64,000 bases of DNA, from NCBI GenBank assembly GCA_020536535.1, contig JAHLWZ010000797.1:62001-126000 (forward strand). Direction: 5' to 3'. Origin of the DNA: Pelomyxa schiedti. Taxonomy: Eukaryota > Protista > Evosea. The position numbers were made by a program, and so were the translations under genes. The notes beneath the pieces were generated by a model that was not told the DNA's origin, made no database searches, and saw nothing but the letters and a program-made list of their open reading frames with translations. Of this stretch, positions 36,055 through 48,756 are shown piece by piece (positions within the stretch are counted from its first letter, which is position 1; each line of letters opens with the position of its first letter).

Positions 36055-37847
36055 ATGGCCGACGGCGGGCTTGGGGCGATGTCGTTGTCGACAGCGTCGT
36101 GCACTACGACTACGCGGAGAGACCCTTTTACTTGTGTGGCCAACGATGTCATTCACATGAAATTCGGTGTGTTGGCTGAGCGAGGATCGGATCCGGCTGT
36201 TTTTTTTTTTTCTTTTAACTTGCAATCTTGCATTGTGCAGTCAGAAGGAGGGAGGATATTGATGACGAGTCAACTACTTTCCACCCCGAGTACACACATC
36301 AAATTGTGAGCGAGGATCAGCAGATCAGAGGGTACAGTGACCTAAAAGTTTTGTTGTATTACACGCCGTCGGCTAGCACATGTTATTTTGCCGTGTCTTT
36401 TAGAGAGCGCACTTCTGGTTTTTTTTTTTCTTTTTTCTCCCCTCTCGCTTCTCACAGAATTTAGATGCGGTGGATATCTGGAACTTGATACGCCAAATAA
36501 TGCCTGAAACTGCTCGTCTTGCCGGCAGTGTAGACGAATTTTTAGCAGTACCTTTCTTCTTTTGGAGTGTCACGTCACTTTTCCTCAGGCTGTAGAACAA
36601 GAGCAGATGGGTGGCAAATTCAAACCCCCAGGACACCAAGTCCACGAATACACATTTGCAAGAAATTCCACCCCCTTGACAACTTCTGATTCCTCCCACC
36701 AACTACCACCACCATCACCAACAAAAATTCCGAGTCCCTCTGACGAAACATTTGCTGTTCATTTTTCATCAATTGCGGATGATCCCAAAGCTGTGGCATA
36801 TCATAGTATAATTCAACCGTTTGTGCTCTGGTTTATTGATAATAGTAGCTTCATAAAGACTGAAGAACCCGGGTGGAGACTTTTCACAATGTAACCTTTT
36901 CCCTCCCACTAAAACTTCCAAACATACTGCAGATTCAAAAAAACAGAGGGTTTAAAAGTTGGGGAATATTCTTATCAAATTATTGGATTTTCCACTGGCT
37001 ACATGTTTTACCATCCATGGGGAAAAGCCCGCTTACGTGTAAGGTTGGCCACTAAGTTTTTGCTAATACCTAAAGTGCTGCTTTTCCCACAGCCAGTTCA
37101 TGATTTTTCCGCCTTTTCAGCGCTCGGGGCATGCAAGTACCTATGCCGCCCTAAATGGCTGTAGCCTAACACACCACAGCACAGTTACTGCGCGCAATTT
37201 ACAATGTTGTCAGAGCTGACCCAACAATTGTAGATGTCACAGTTGAAGGTATTAACAAGTCAATGAAACAAAAAATTGGAGTGGGTTGGGGTAACCACAA
37301 CTTACACTTTAACCAATTTGAAGATGCCTCAGATGAGCTCACGTATCTTGTGCCAGTCTCATGTTCTTGTTCTTAATTTTATTTTTTGCAAAGCCGGGTT
37401 AGAGATTTACTGGACCTGCACGACCTCCAGGAATCTGGCTTCTGGCCCGTACTGCAACAAGCACCAAAGCTTACCCGCGAGGCATATGCCACCCTGAGGG
37501 AGCGTTTAAAGCTCTGCTGGGTATTCAAATAGTTTAGCATTACACACTAACCCCTTCCAATAAAGATACAAGCAAAGCGCTGTCACACTATCCTCAGACT
37601 GAAGTATGCCAAAGAGCAGCATGACGAGTCTGTAAGCCGGCAGCTGCGCCTCTACTACAAGACAGTTTTGTACTGGACACTCAAACAACAACACACCAAG
37701 GGCAGCTCACAACAGACATCACGCCGGTCACAGCAGAACACCGAGGCAACCACTGGTGAGAACTTAAAATTGCAGCTTCACCAAATGTGGCTAGAAGTGG
37801 AAAGAGAGTTCAATGAACTATTGGAAATCGTCCAATCAAAAATGTAG
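36055..37847 (+). CDS. HAT1: Histone acetyltransferase type B catalytic subunit
   Basis: FHPEYTHQI, QIRGYSDL, QPFVLWFIDNSSFI, QFMIFPPFQRSGH and VDVTVE motifs. The last exon ends KM* (TAG 37845-37847). Confidence 0.9.
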
Positions 37848-38104
37848 AGGCATCTACAACCAATAGAAAAGTTCTATGTTCTTCGTCCATGGCGTCTTTA
37901 AACAACTGTAGCCCACGCTCAGGTTTTTCTGCCCGGGCCTGTTTACTCAAGCCCCTTTGGCTCCTTTTTCACTGGAACTGCGGAAACATTACCCGCAACT
38001 GTGTGCAATCTCCCCTTGGTTCGACCTGATTTTGAGACCCTGGAGTAGCTTTTTCGGCGGACATAGTTTGACCCCAAAATTGCAGGTGCGGCGCCCCGAA
38101 ATTG

Positions 38105-40300
38105 ATGGGGTACCAGGCCAGGGTTGTCTTGGTGTCTAGGGTAGTGTGGGACTGGGTTCTGCCGTGGTTGGTGCCGTGGGGCCGGCTGACGCGAGCGGCG
38201 CCCGCCGCGCTCAAGTGCAAGCACGCGGCGGCGATGTGCGTGGTGGCCGAGGCCATGTTCCCCCTCGTGCCTCGCGTGTGCTCCTCCCTCCTGGCCCACA
38301 ACGAAAAACGGCGCCCCGTCCTTTCCGCCGCCGCCGGGGCCGGCAGCCCCCGTTGCATCAGCTGGGTCCTGAAGCACAACAACAATAACAGCAGCAGCAT
38401 CACTAATTGCATTGGTGGTGGCAGTAGTAGTAGTGGTGGCAGCGGCGAGAGTGAGAGTGACATCAGGAGGAGAGGGAACAAAGATTTTATGGAGGTTCTG
38501 GAGGGCCTGTGTGCTGGTGGTCACCTTGGAATGGCACAGCGGCTGATTGATGGCAATTGGCCCGGGCTTACGTGGTGGAACGAGGGCGGCGCCAGTGGTG
38601 CTTCTTCCTCCGACGGGATTGAGGATTACGTGAGGGACTCACATATTCTCAGGAGAACGTGTGCCTCGGGTCACAGCGATGTGGCCAAGTGGCTGATTGA
38701 GAAGTTCAACATCAGGGAGACTTGGGAGTTTACCGATCCGCTTGTCGGGGCCTTGAAGGGTGGACACTTGGAGTTGGCTCAGTGGCTGACGGCCACGTTT
38801 GACTTGGTTACAAAGCTCCGCGACTTCGAAACTTACAACTTGGATGTCCACTATGAAGCGTGCAAGACTGGAAAATTGGATGTCCTCAAGTGGTGCTTTG
38901 ACACCTTCCCTTTACGTGATAATAATGGTTCATACCGTTATTTTGCAGCTTGCATGCGGGGAAAAACAAGTAACTACGTGGAAGCCTGCCAGTACGTCCA
39001 AGATAAGTTTGATTTTCCTTCTCCTCCATCAGACACAATCCTTGATAACATACAAAACGTGGATGTACTAAAATGGGTAAAATCGGCATTGCCAGTCTTG
39101 GTTACCGGCATCCACAGCACTCTTTCAAACTGCATTGTAGAGAAGCTTTGCAGAAAGCTAGAAGGGGCTAAGTATATTGTTGAGGCCTGCTCAATCGTCC
39201 CGACGCCGATGCTGTTCCGTGCAGTCTGTCGAAATCCAAAAGGTGATATCCAACCTGTGAAGTGGTTATCAACAAGAGTTACATGCTCGCCAGTGGATTT
39301 AGAGGATGCACTCATAGCGGCTTTGGCCAAAGGTAACATTGCAATTGCTTCGTGGTTGGATGAGACCTTCAACATCTTGAAACTAGTCATTTCTGCATCC
39401 GCACCCAAAGTAGAGACAGGTTCAATGCTTCTAAGAGTGTGTAAAGAAATGGAGGAATTTGAAGCCCGAGTGGAAGGTATAGAGTGGCTTCTGAATCGCC
39501 TAGGAACAATAGGAGTGCAAGAAAGTTTTATCGTCGATTCTGTGGAAGAGCTTCTGTTTCATACCAAGTCAGCAGCCGCTGCCATGTTCCTCATCGACAA
39601 GTTCTCCATCAGTGATCCACGGCGTTCTGAACTTATGTTTCCTCTTCTGAATGAAAGTGTTCAATCTGAGCCTATCTCGCATATCAAAAGAATAATTTCC
39701 ATGGGGGAGTTCAGCAAAGAAACTGTGGCACCGTGCCTTAAGAATCCCATTGGCGTGCAGTCTGCCAAAACTGTAAGGTGGTTGATCACACACTTCCGGC
39801 TTGACCGCGAGGATATCACGCAAGACAATAACTGCCTGCTGTTCCGTATGTTATCATGGAGACAAAAGACCTGTGCTGAATGGCTCATCACGAATTTTCA
39901 CATCACCTTGGAAGAGGTCCGGCTTCCCTTCTCCCTCCCATATAGTAATATTGTATTACCTTCAATGTTGGTCTGACCTCACTCACACCCTAACCTATCT
40001 GTTTAGGTTTTGAGTTTCACTTGGGAACCTTCTAATGATTTGGTCGAGATGGACTTATCCACCTGGAAGATGATACTGAGGATGTTCCCAGGTATAACGG
40101 CACCAATGATAAAAGAGAAGTTCCTGTTCCTTGTATGCCAGTCCCCAGTAATTGCACAGTACACAATGAAGCTATTCCCTGAAGTTACTCTTGCTGACCT
40201 TGTTGGTTTCTGTGCCGGTTATTCGCGCTACGATTTCCCACCGACCACTTGTTGCTGGTTGCAGGAGGCCCACCCTCTAATATGGGACCCGTTCGACTGA
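38105..40300 (+). CDS. Ankyrin-like repeat protein (same family as 439..2874)
   Basis: VVLVSRVVWDWVLPW N-terminal motif and repeats such as LEGLCAGGHLGMAQRL, LRRTCASGHSDVAKWL and ALKGGHLELAQWL. One probable intron near 39930-40007. Confidence 0.75.
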
Positions 40301-40539
40301 CCTTATCATTCCCAAAACCACGAAAAGAAAATAGGAAAAACCATTTGATTGGACAGTGCAACGCAGTTGCAGGAATTAAATTTTATCTCTTTTTGTTTTT
40401 CGGCTCCGAGGGTGGTGCGCCTAGCGACATCAGCGTGCGAAACAACGAACGAAAGTAGTCCGCGGTGGGCAACAACAATCGTTTCTTACAAAACCAACAT
40501 TGTGTGTGAGATCGCGATTATCGCCGATACATTGACTTG

Positions 40540-41806
40540 ATGGCGGCCGCATCTTCGTCGCTTTTTTTGGACACTGGGTACCTGCAGTGCAACGTAGTGG
40601 TTCACCCAGTCGTGATATTCAACATTTTGGAGCACCATTCGCGCAGAAAAGTGGAGGAGGCAAACTCGCGTGCCGTGGGCACCTTGCTGGGAACAACCAC
40701 CGGAAATGTCGTCGAAGTCTACGATTGCTTCCCTGTGCCTCACACAGAGGAGGAGGCAGTAAGGCTTCTTTTTCTCTCTCTCCTGTTTTTTTTTTTTTTT
40801 TATTTTATTTTTTTTTGTTAACATTAACTAATTGGTGAGTGCATGGCTAATGTACTTTGTGTGTCTGCAGGTAGAGATATTCAAAGATTTTCATTTGGCT
40901 ATGTTAGAACTTCACAAGAGGGTGTCCCCTAAGAGGACTGTTGTGGGCTGGTAAATAAATTTCTGGGGATGGGATTTATTACAACCAATTACAAAAAACT
41001 TTCTCCTAACCCTTTAGAGGTATGCCACTGGGAGAGAAGTTACTGAAACTTCCGTTATGATTCATGATTTCTATTGGCAACAGATGAATGCTGCCCCCAT
41101 CCACATAACCGTGGACACGGAACTGAGACCAAACGAACCTCTTGCTGTAAAGGTTTCTTTATTTTCTTCCATCTTCGATTTCAATTCATAAACCTGCCAG
41201 GCGTACGTTAGTGCAGCACTGAGATTTGACACCAAGCAACTTCTCACTTATTTCTATCCAATTTCTCTGGAGATCAGAGCAACTGAACCTGAAAAAGTTT
41301 CACGTTAGTAGTCAAAATTTTTGGTACCAGAATTCTGAAAGCCCCTACCAGTGTCTTCATTTGCCAAAGCAAAAGAATCAGATGAACCCAGTGATATGCA
41401 AGATTTGACTGCAGTACAGGGATCACTCGGCTCCCTTATTCAAAAGCTTGACTCTGTCATTGCCTACGTTGATGAAGTGAAGGTTTTCCCCCTGTTACCC
41501 CCATCACAATTACTGACTTATTATAAGTCCGGGCGCCGCGAGGGAGACACCCGAGTAGGGAAGATGTTAGTCGAAGCACTTAGAAAACTCCCACACCACA
41601 CACCCGCTTCTCTTGAAAACTCATTCGCCGAAAGCACACAAGAACTACTCATGGTGCTGTACCTGTCAAGCCTCACCCGCGCACAAATGGTTCTGTCTGA
41701 TAAGATCATGATGGCCACACAACACCTCCAACCACCAACCCCACTGCCCCCCGCAGTCCCTCCCACACCCACAGCAAGGTCTTCAACACCGTCCCATGGG
41801 CTATGA
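40540..41806 (+). CDS. EIF3F: Eukaryotic translation initiation factor 3 subunit F (MPN-)
   Basis: VHPVVIFNILEHHSRR, RAVGTLLG, CFPVPH, VVGW|YATG and QELLMVLYLSSLTRAQ. Confidence 0.9.
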
Positions 41807-41874
41807 ATTCTTCAATGGATTAACCCGTAACTGTTTCCTTTTTGGTTCGGAAAATTTTCGTTCAGTAACCTGAC

Positions 41875-44800
41875 TCAGAATCTTGCTTGGGCTACCGAAC
41901 TTCCTTGGTTGTTGTACAGCTTCCGTGTGTCACGTTTGGCGTGGAACAACTTGGCGCTGATGTTGTGTAGCAGCTCCTCTCGCTTGTTGGTGATTCCACT
42001 GAAGAATCGCACTGCTCAAACAAGACGGTTACATGGCTGAATAAAATAATCAACAGACCGGAACGCTGTCATTTTCCTTATCGTCGCTCAGGATCGGCGG
42101 TCTGGTGTTTTTTTTATTTCGCCACATAGTAATTGAAGAGCTCGTTTTTACTTTTAGTTTTACATAAGCCGGAAGCTGTGAACAATAGCAGAGCGAAGGG
42201 GTGTCATGATCGGGACAGAGATTGTGCATCCTGTCGTGGTGAATGAGATAGTCCGGACTGGCTCAGTGAGTGCATCAAAGATGATGCTGACGATGCTGGT
42301 CTCGATGGCGGCACCGGTGGAAGAGGTTTCGCCGTTGGTATATTTGGTGCTGTGGGTTTGAAGGTCTGTTGTTGCGGTTGCGGCTGCGGCTGTGGTTGTG
42401 TTTGTGATTGTGGCTGTGGCTGTGGTTGTGGCTGTGCTTGGTTTGGAGTTGTTGATTTTGGTTCTGGCCCTGGGGATTGAACCTGTGGTTGTGATTGGGG
42501 TGGGGTGTGTGAGCAAAATCTCTCGCTTACCTTGCACCATGCAGTGCAAGTGAACGGGCACCTCGTTAGAAGTATTATGGGCTTGGTGGGGTCAGTGCCT
42601 GGGGCTGATGAAGATAGGCTGTTGTTGTTATTATTATTGCTGGTGCTACTACTGTTGTTGTTGCTTGTACTAGTGTTGGGGTTACTGTTGTTTGCGGTTA
42701 ATTTGAACCTGGTGGAATCCAGTTGAGTGATGCTCCATGCGGTGTGTGGAAATGATGCAGGGGGTTCTCCTGGTGTGATGGGCCACTTGAACAGTAGGAT
42801 TTCTTCTTTGGAATACTCGCACCATACCTGCTTGTTCCGAAATTTAGAGGTTTGGGCCAAAAGTCCCTGCATTAGGGGCAGCGGTTGGGGATTGTAGGTG
42901 TCAAGTGGCCGGTCGTGGAATTGGTTATAGAGGTGCTCCAGGAATTCCCTACATAACAACGTTAGCATGACCTAAATTGGTGATTTGGGGAAGTGGTAAG
43001 AGATACTTTGGAAAGTCATCCCCCGAGTTTCCTCCAGTGTTAGTTGCTAACCAGCGTTGGAGGGTAAAGGCCTGCATCCTTATAAGTCGGAATTCCGATT
43101 TCGCTAAAGAATTGAAATCATACCCCTTGATGATCTGATATATGAGGTTCGGCAATAATGGCAGTCATGGCAAGGCTTACAACCGCGTTCTCGTCTTTGA
43201 AAAACTGTGAATCATACTGCTTACTCTGCAAATACAATTTTGCGTAACACTTCAATATGTTTCCCTTCTTGTCATTGTTCGGAGGAAGGTAAATCATTCT
43301 CCGGAGCATGCGCAATGACATTTCAAAATCGTAAAGATGTAAGTCCATTTTTCGCAGATAGGCCATCAAAATGGCGTCTTGCTTATCACCACTTCCCAAG
43401 TAGTCCCCGAGTAATGGGGGCTTTAGGGCGGCTCTGTTGTCAATCAGAAATTGTGCCACGGAGGCAGGATCTTTGCCTGGGGCAAGATGGGGAACACCTT
43501 TATCAGGACTGTCTGAGGTATTTTGAAGAAGCACTGGCATTGGCATCGGTAGTGTTGGAGAGGAGGAGACTGGGGGTAACTGGGTGCTTTTTATGACAAC
43601 AACCTCTTTGGGAGTGTCACTTGAACTTGATTGTTGTGAAATTGTGCTCACGTCATTGTATTTTGCAGTGGGATTACTGTCAGGGGTTATTGGCCTGACA
43701 CTGTTTAATAGGTCGGATCTGTTGCGTGGAGATTTGGTACGAGGTTTCATTTCAAGACTTGGTTGGGACTCCCTTGGCGAATTCGAGGCATCAAGTCCCA
43801 TCCCGCTTTCTGTTTTCGTAGATATTTGGCTGATGGTGCCTCTTGCTTTCACACAAAAATTATGAGTACATTTTTTTTCACACTTCTGGTGCACGAGAGA
43901 TGAACAATCTATCTTCCATCAACTCAAGTGAGTAAAAAAAAGAGGGAACACATACTCCGGCACTTGTATGTGTTGGAGAGGCTGGTAAGTTTATAGCACA
44001 CTATGCAGATTCCACTTTGAATTGGTGACGCGGGCGATAGAGGTTCGAATTGGTGGGTATTCATAGCCGCGGGCCAGATTAATAACCTTTTATCAGAGTG
44101 CACTTTTCACTAAATGTTAGAACAGCAAACACACTATGTGACAGAAGTGTTTTTTTGTGCGTGGATGTCTTTGTGTAAACCAAATTACCAGTCCATATTG
44201 TGCCTCGAGATTCAGCAAGAACAAAAATTGCAGCAGTTGGCCGGGGGGAGCTGAAAGGAACAACTTGATGCCCCTCCCGTGTCTAAAAACCTTATTTAGA
44301 TCTGGTGGAAGACACATGCTGATACAAACCTGCGCATCCCAAATCCACACGCCTCCTTGAAGAAAGCCCCAAACAACCCCTCCCAGGAACATGAGTCTTG
44401 GGGGGAGTGACACAGGCAATATCCCCTTTATATTACCCTGGACAAGTTTGTGAAAAAATAGTTATACTAAAAAAGAGAGTACATTAAGGTCCCATATTGC
44501 AAGAGACTGGCTTGTGTGTGATGACCAGATTTCAATCATCTCGTTGGATCTTACTGCCACAATAGATTCAACTTGCCCTTTCTGGGGTTTAAGGTCGTTT
44601 ATTTTTTGGTCCTATGCATTGTCCGTCAGTACAATAGTGAGGGATACGAGACGTTTTACATGTGCATTCACTGTAGAAATTCCATTTGAAGTGCCCAACC
44701 ATATTGTTTTACCAATCAACAGTGCTGATGTTACAGTAAACGATATTGGTATAACTTTTTTGCATTTGAACTTCTAAGAAATGTAAGAAGAGAAAGAGTT

Positions 44801-47800
44801 CCGCATTACCAAACTGAGGTATTCCATATGCGAATTGATCTATCTGAGCCAAATGACCAAATATGTGTACCAACTTCCAATAGAGAAACAACTGGTCCAT
44901 TTGTGTGGCCCTCCAGTTCTTGACTGCAACATGAATGTACCTGAGAAAGTGAGCCAGATTTGAAAAGCCATTGGACACACACAAGATTGAATATTCTTAC
45001 AACACCATCTTCACACCCCATCCACAAATGCTGTGTCAATACAATTGATGTCACCGGGGAACGTACTTCGTAGGTGGCACATGGCATGTAATGTGTTGGA
45101 GAAATAAGAGTAAGTTTGGGTGTATGATTGAAGGGAGAGAAACTCATCATTAGAAAATCTCTGCAAAAATCCACCATCTCCTTTCCTGCCACCTATCCAC
45201 ACCGCCTTTCCAGAAACTTCCAAGCAGTTTGGAGTTCCGTCAAGGCCAAATATTTTCAGAGGCTTGAGGTCACTGGGAACCGGGCTTATTTCTTCCTGTA
45301 AAGAATAAATTTTATCTCAAAGAGACGTGAATTACCAAACTCTGTTCAGCACTGGGACTTGATGTTTTCAAGGGCGCATCTTTTATGCTGAGCTCACTTT
45401 GGAGAGTATTTCCACGTAAAGAGGAGCTAGCAGAAGGGAATATGATATTGTCTATGGAACCAGTGTGTTCAGAGGTACTGGCTGTGGTATTGGAGCTGGT
45501 GAGAGAAGAAGATTCCACTCTATCAGGCCCTCGTACACCCTCGTTCCCACTCTGACTTCCACTTCCAAGTTTTTTACTATCACAATTTTGCGCCTCGACT
45601 GGTTGTAAGGGAGGCAGTATTTTCAGTGTTCGAGATGCCAATATCAATCTTTGTGACAATAAGTTGATGGTGTCTTCCCATTCCTTATGGATTTTTCTTT
45701 GCATTTCGCACTCGAGATCGGGAGTATTTGCACTGGCAATCGACGACTGGGGATTTGGTGGCTCAGGTGGTCCAACAAGACGGGCAAAATCGATCCACTT
45801 CGCATCTGAGAGACTCTGTAGTGGTAAGGTATCATTGACGAAGAAGTGCCTTACAGAAATTCTAGACTCGACGGCATTTTGTTCCAGACATATTATCGGA
45901 TTTGTTGTGTCAGGTTGCCTGACTTTTTTTGTTTTTGAAGGTGGGAGAAGGGTTCAATAAAATAGGAAGAGGGGAAGCCAAGGTTACATTGTGGCACCAG
46001 AGAATTTCCGACTAAAAGTTTTAAAATGAGTGAAACAAAATAAGCGGGAGAAGGAAGTTGTACCCTTTAATCTGTTAGGCGCGTCAGCAATTTCAACGTT
46101 CAAAATCTGGCCAGAGCTAACTTGTAACTTGAGATACACTTCTTGACTTCCTACCTGCTGCCAGTAAGGCAAGTTCACAATGCATTTCTTACCATTTGTT
46201 TATTTCTGATTTTTTCCAGCTTTTCCTTAGTTTTAAGGTGGCTCTTGCGTTCTGTTTGTAATTCGGTCTCAAGGGAGCCGCGAGCCTGAATGAATATAAG
46301 GTAATGCGAATTGTTGGTTTTTATCCACCTCTTCACTCTCACGCATTCGTGTGAAAAGAGACTGCAAATAATTGTTAATCTCTGTATTTCGTGATCTCTC
46401 TTCTTGTAATTCCTTTAACATAGTTAGGTTTAAAAAGGATGTGTGAAAAAAAGCCAGACTTTTTCAATGTTCAGGCGTCTGTGGTATTCCCGTTCCCGAA
46501 CATCGGAAACTTCTCTGTAACATACATAAATATGTTAAAAGTGTTTTCTTATTTCAACCTGCGTAATATGGTAATTTCATTTATAAATTCTGTTGTGACT
46601 TTCTTGTATTGTTTGTTTCGGGTTCTTTCTTTTAAAATTTCTGCCTTCAGTGTTTCAATATCATTTGTGTCTTAGAGGGGTCAATAGCCATATGGAAATA
46701 TATTCAGGTTGAGGTGTACCTAGTAATTTATTCATTTCATAGTCACTATCAACAACTAACAGAATGTCAGTTCAGTGTGAGACTGGAGGTAAGAGGTAAT
46801 ACTATTTGATAAGTGTTCAGCTGATATTTGTTCAGTGTTATTCTTTGGCGAGTGTGCTGGGGGGGGAGGTGGCGGTGGGGGAGGTGGCGGTGGTGGGGGT
46901 GGAGTAACGGAGGGGATTGAAGGAGATAGGGCTGGAGCAAGTGAGAGCGCTGGAGATACGGCTGGTGTAATCGATGGGGAGAGTGTGGTTGCACTTAGGG
47001 AAGGTGGGGTTCTTGGTGTGGTTGCTCTTGTATGGGGAGATGGTGGAGGATGGATATGGCTCTCACTACTGCTGGAGTTAGTCCTGCAATGTGAGCTCTC
47101 ACTGCTTCCGTGAGAGCCAGATACCTGTGAAGTTTCATGATGGAATTCCACAGTGCCATGGACAGGAACTCTTGGGCTATTTTCCATAGTAGGCATGTCT
47201 GAATCATGGCCTATTGTTCTGCTCCTCATCCTACCAGGAATCTTAGTGGCATCACTAGGAATAGTAGCATCAGGAGACGTGCTGCTGGTTGCACCAGTTG
47301 CAGGAGTCGGTGCTACAGAACGTGAATAGCTGACAGGCAGTGTTGCGAGACCAGCCAAGCGACGTGAAGATGGGTGGTCAGCCGAGCTGCGTATAGTATC
47401 TTTATTAGATGCCCGTTCATCTTTATCAGAACTGGGATTTGCACTCTGGTTGTTAGGAGGGGTGCCACTAACACTGGCACCACTGCCGCTGCCGCTGTTG
47501 CTGCCATTATTGCCACAACTGCTGCTATTACTATTACCACCGGTATTGGCATGGGACAAGTCCTCCGAGGAGTGCTGCAGCGTTTGCTGCTTGAGGGACC
47601 GCAGGAATTCCGGGGGAGCGCCGTGTAGGGTGTGCGCGTGCCGCGCGTAGTTGACCTTCCCCGACGAGTGCGTGGTGCTGCTTACGCCGACGGCGCTGAA
47701 CCAGTCCGTAGCGGCCGCAACAACAGACCTGCTGGTACCTGTGGCAGGCCCGGAGGTGTCGGCCCCCCTTGTGGTGTCAGTTCCGCCGCCGCCGCCGCTG

Positions 47801-48597
47801 CTGCTGGAGTTGGTGCTCTTGCTCCCGCCTACGCCTCCGCCGTCGCTGTCACTACCGCTGCTACTGTGACTGTGGCTGTGTGTGTGCGTGTGGCTGTGGG
47901 TGTGGGTGTGGCCGTGGCTGTGCCCCCCGCTGCCTTTGCTCTTGTGGCCCGAGTCGCTGTCCTTGGCGTTGCTGCTTGTGCTGGCGGAACTGCTGCTGGC
48001 GTTGTTGGCTATGTTGGTGTTTATGATGTTGTTGGTGCTGTTGTGGATGGTGCTTCCCCAGCTGCTCCGTCTCTGTTGCTGCTGGTTTTGCTGCAAAGTA
48101 AGAGTCGCCAACATCGACGCCGACGGTGACGCCGCATTAGACGACGACGACGACGACGGCGACGGCGACAGCTGAGCCTGAGAATTCGCCGCCGTGCCGG
48201 TGGACGAGCCCGACGACGACGACGAGCCCCTCTCGTTTAGGGAGATGACTTCGGTCATGGAGAGCTGCCTGGCGGCCCCGAGCTGGTGTTGCTGCTGCTG
48301 CGGCTGCTGGGACTGGGGCTGCTGCTGCTGCAGGGCCCTGGCGAACGCGCTGTGGGCCGGCGACGCCGCGGCCGTCGGCGAGATGAACACCGAGGACACC
48401 GGGGTGCGCAGGAACTTGGACGCGGTGGCGACCCTGGGCGACTCGGGGGACACGCCGCTGGTGCCCGAGCCACTCGCGGTCGCCGCGGCGCTCGAGCCCG
48501 TGCTGGCGCCCGTGCCCGAGGAGTTGGTTGTGGTGGTGCCGCTGGGCTTGCTGGTTGCCGCGGTGCTCGCGCCCCTGGGGGTGCCGTTGCTGATCAT
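41875..48597 (-). CDS. Large scaffold: low-complexity/poly-Pro, coiled coil, WD40-like, degenerate Sec7, PH, coiled coil
   Basis: The 46756..48597 ORF continues through spliced coiled-coil exons. WD-like segments HLWMGCEDGVVRIF and LEGHTNGPVVSLLEVGTHIWSFGSDRSIRIW. Sec7 helices AQFL...LGDYLG...SLRML...YLPPNNDK...YAKLY. PH-like exon follows. That all parts form one gene is inferred. Confidence 0.7.
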
Positions 48598-48756
48598 CGG
48601 CGCTCGTTGCGTTGTTTGTTTTGTTTTTTCGCTTCAAAGGGCCGTTCGCCAAAGAGGAAGACTCTTCCGGACATGCTTCCATGTTTGGGCTACGTGAAAG
48701 TCCGATTTTGTAGTGCAGTTTTCGGCGGGGTGGATTCCTTGTTTTGTTTTTGTTTT

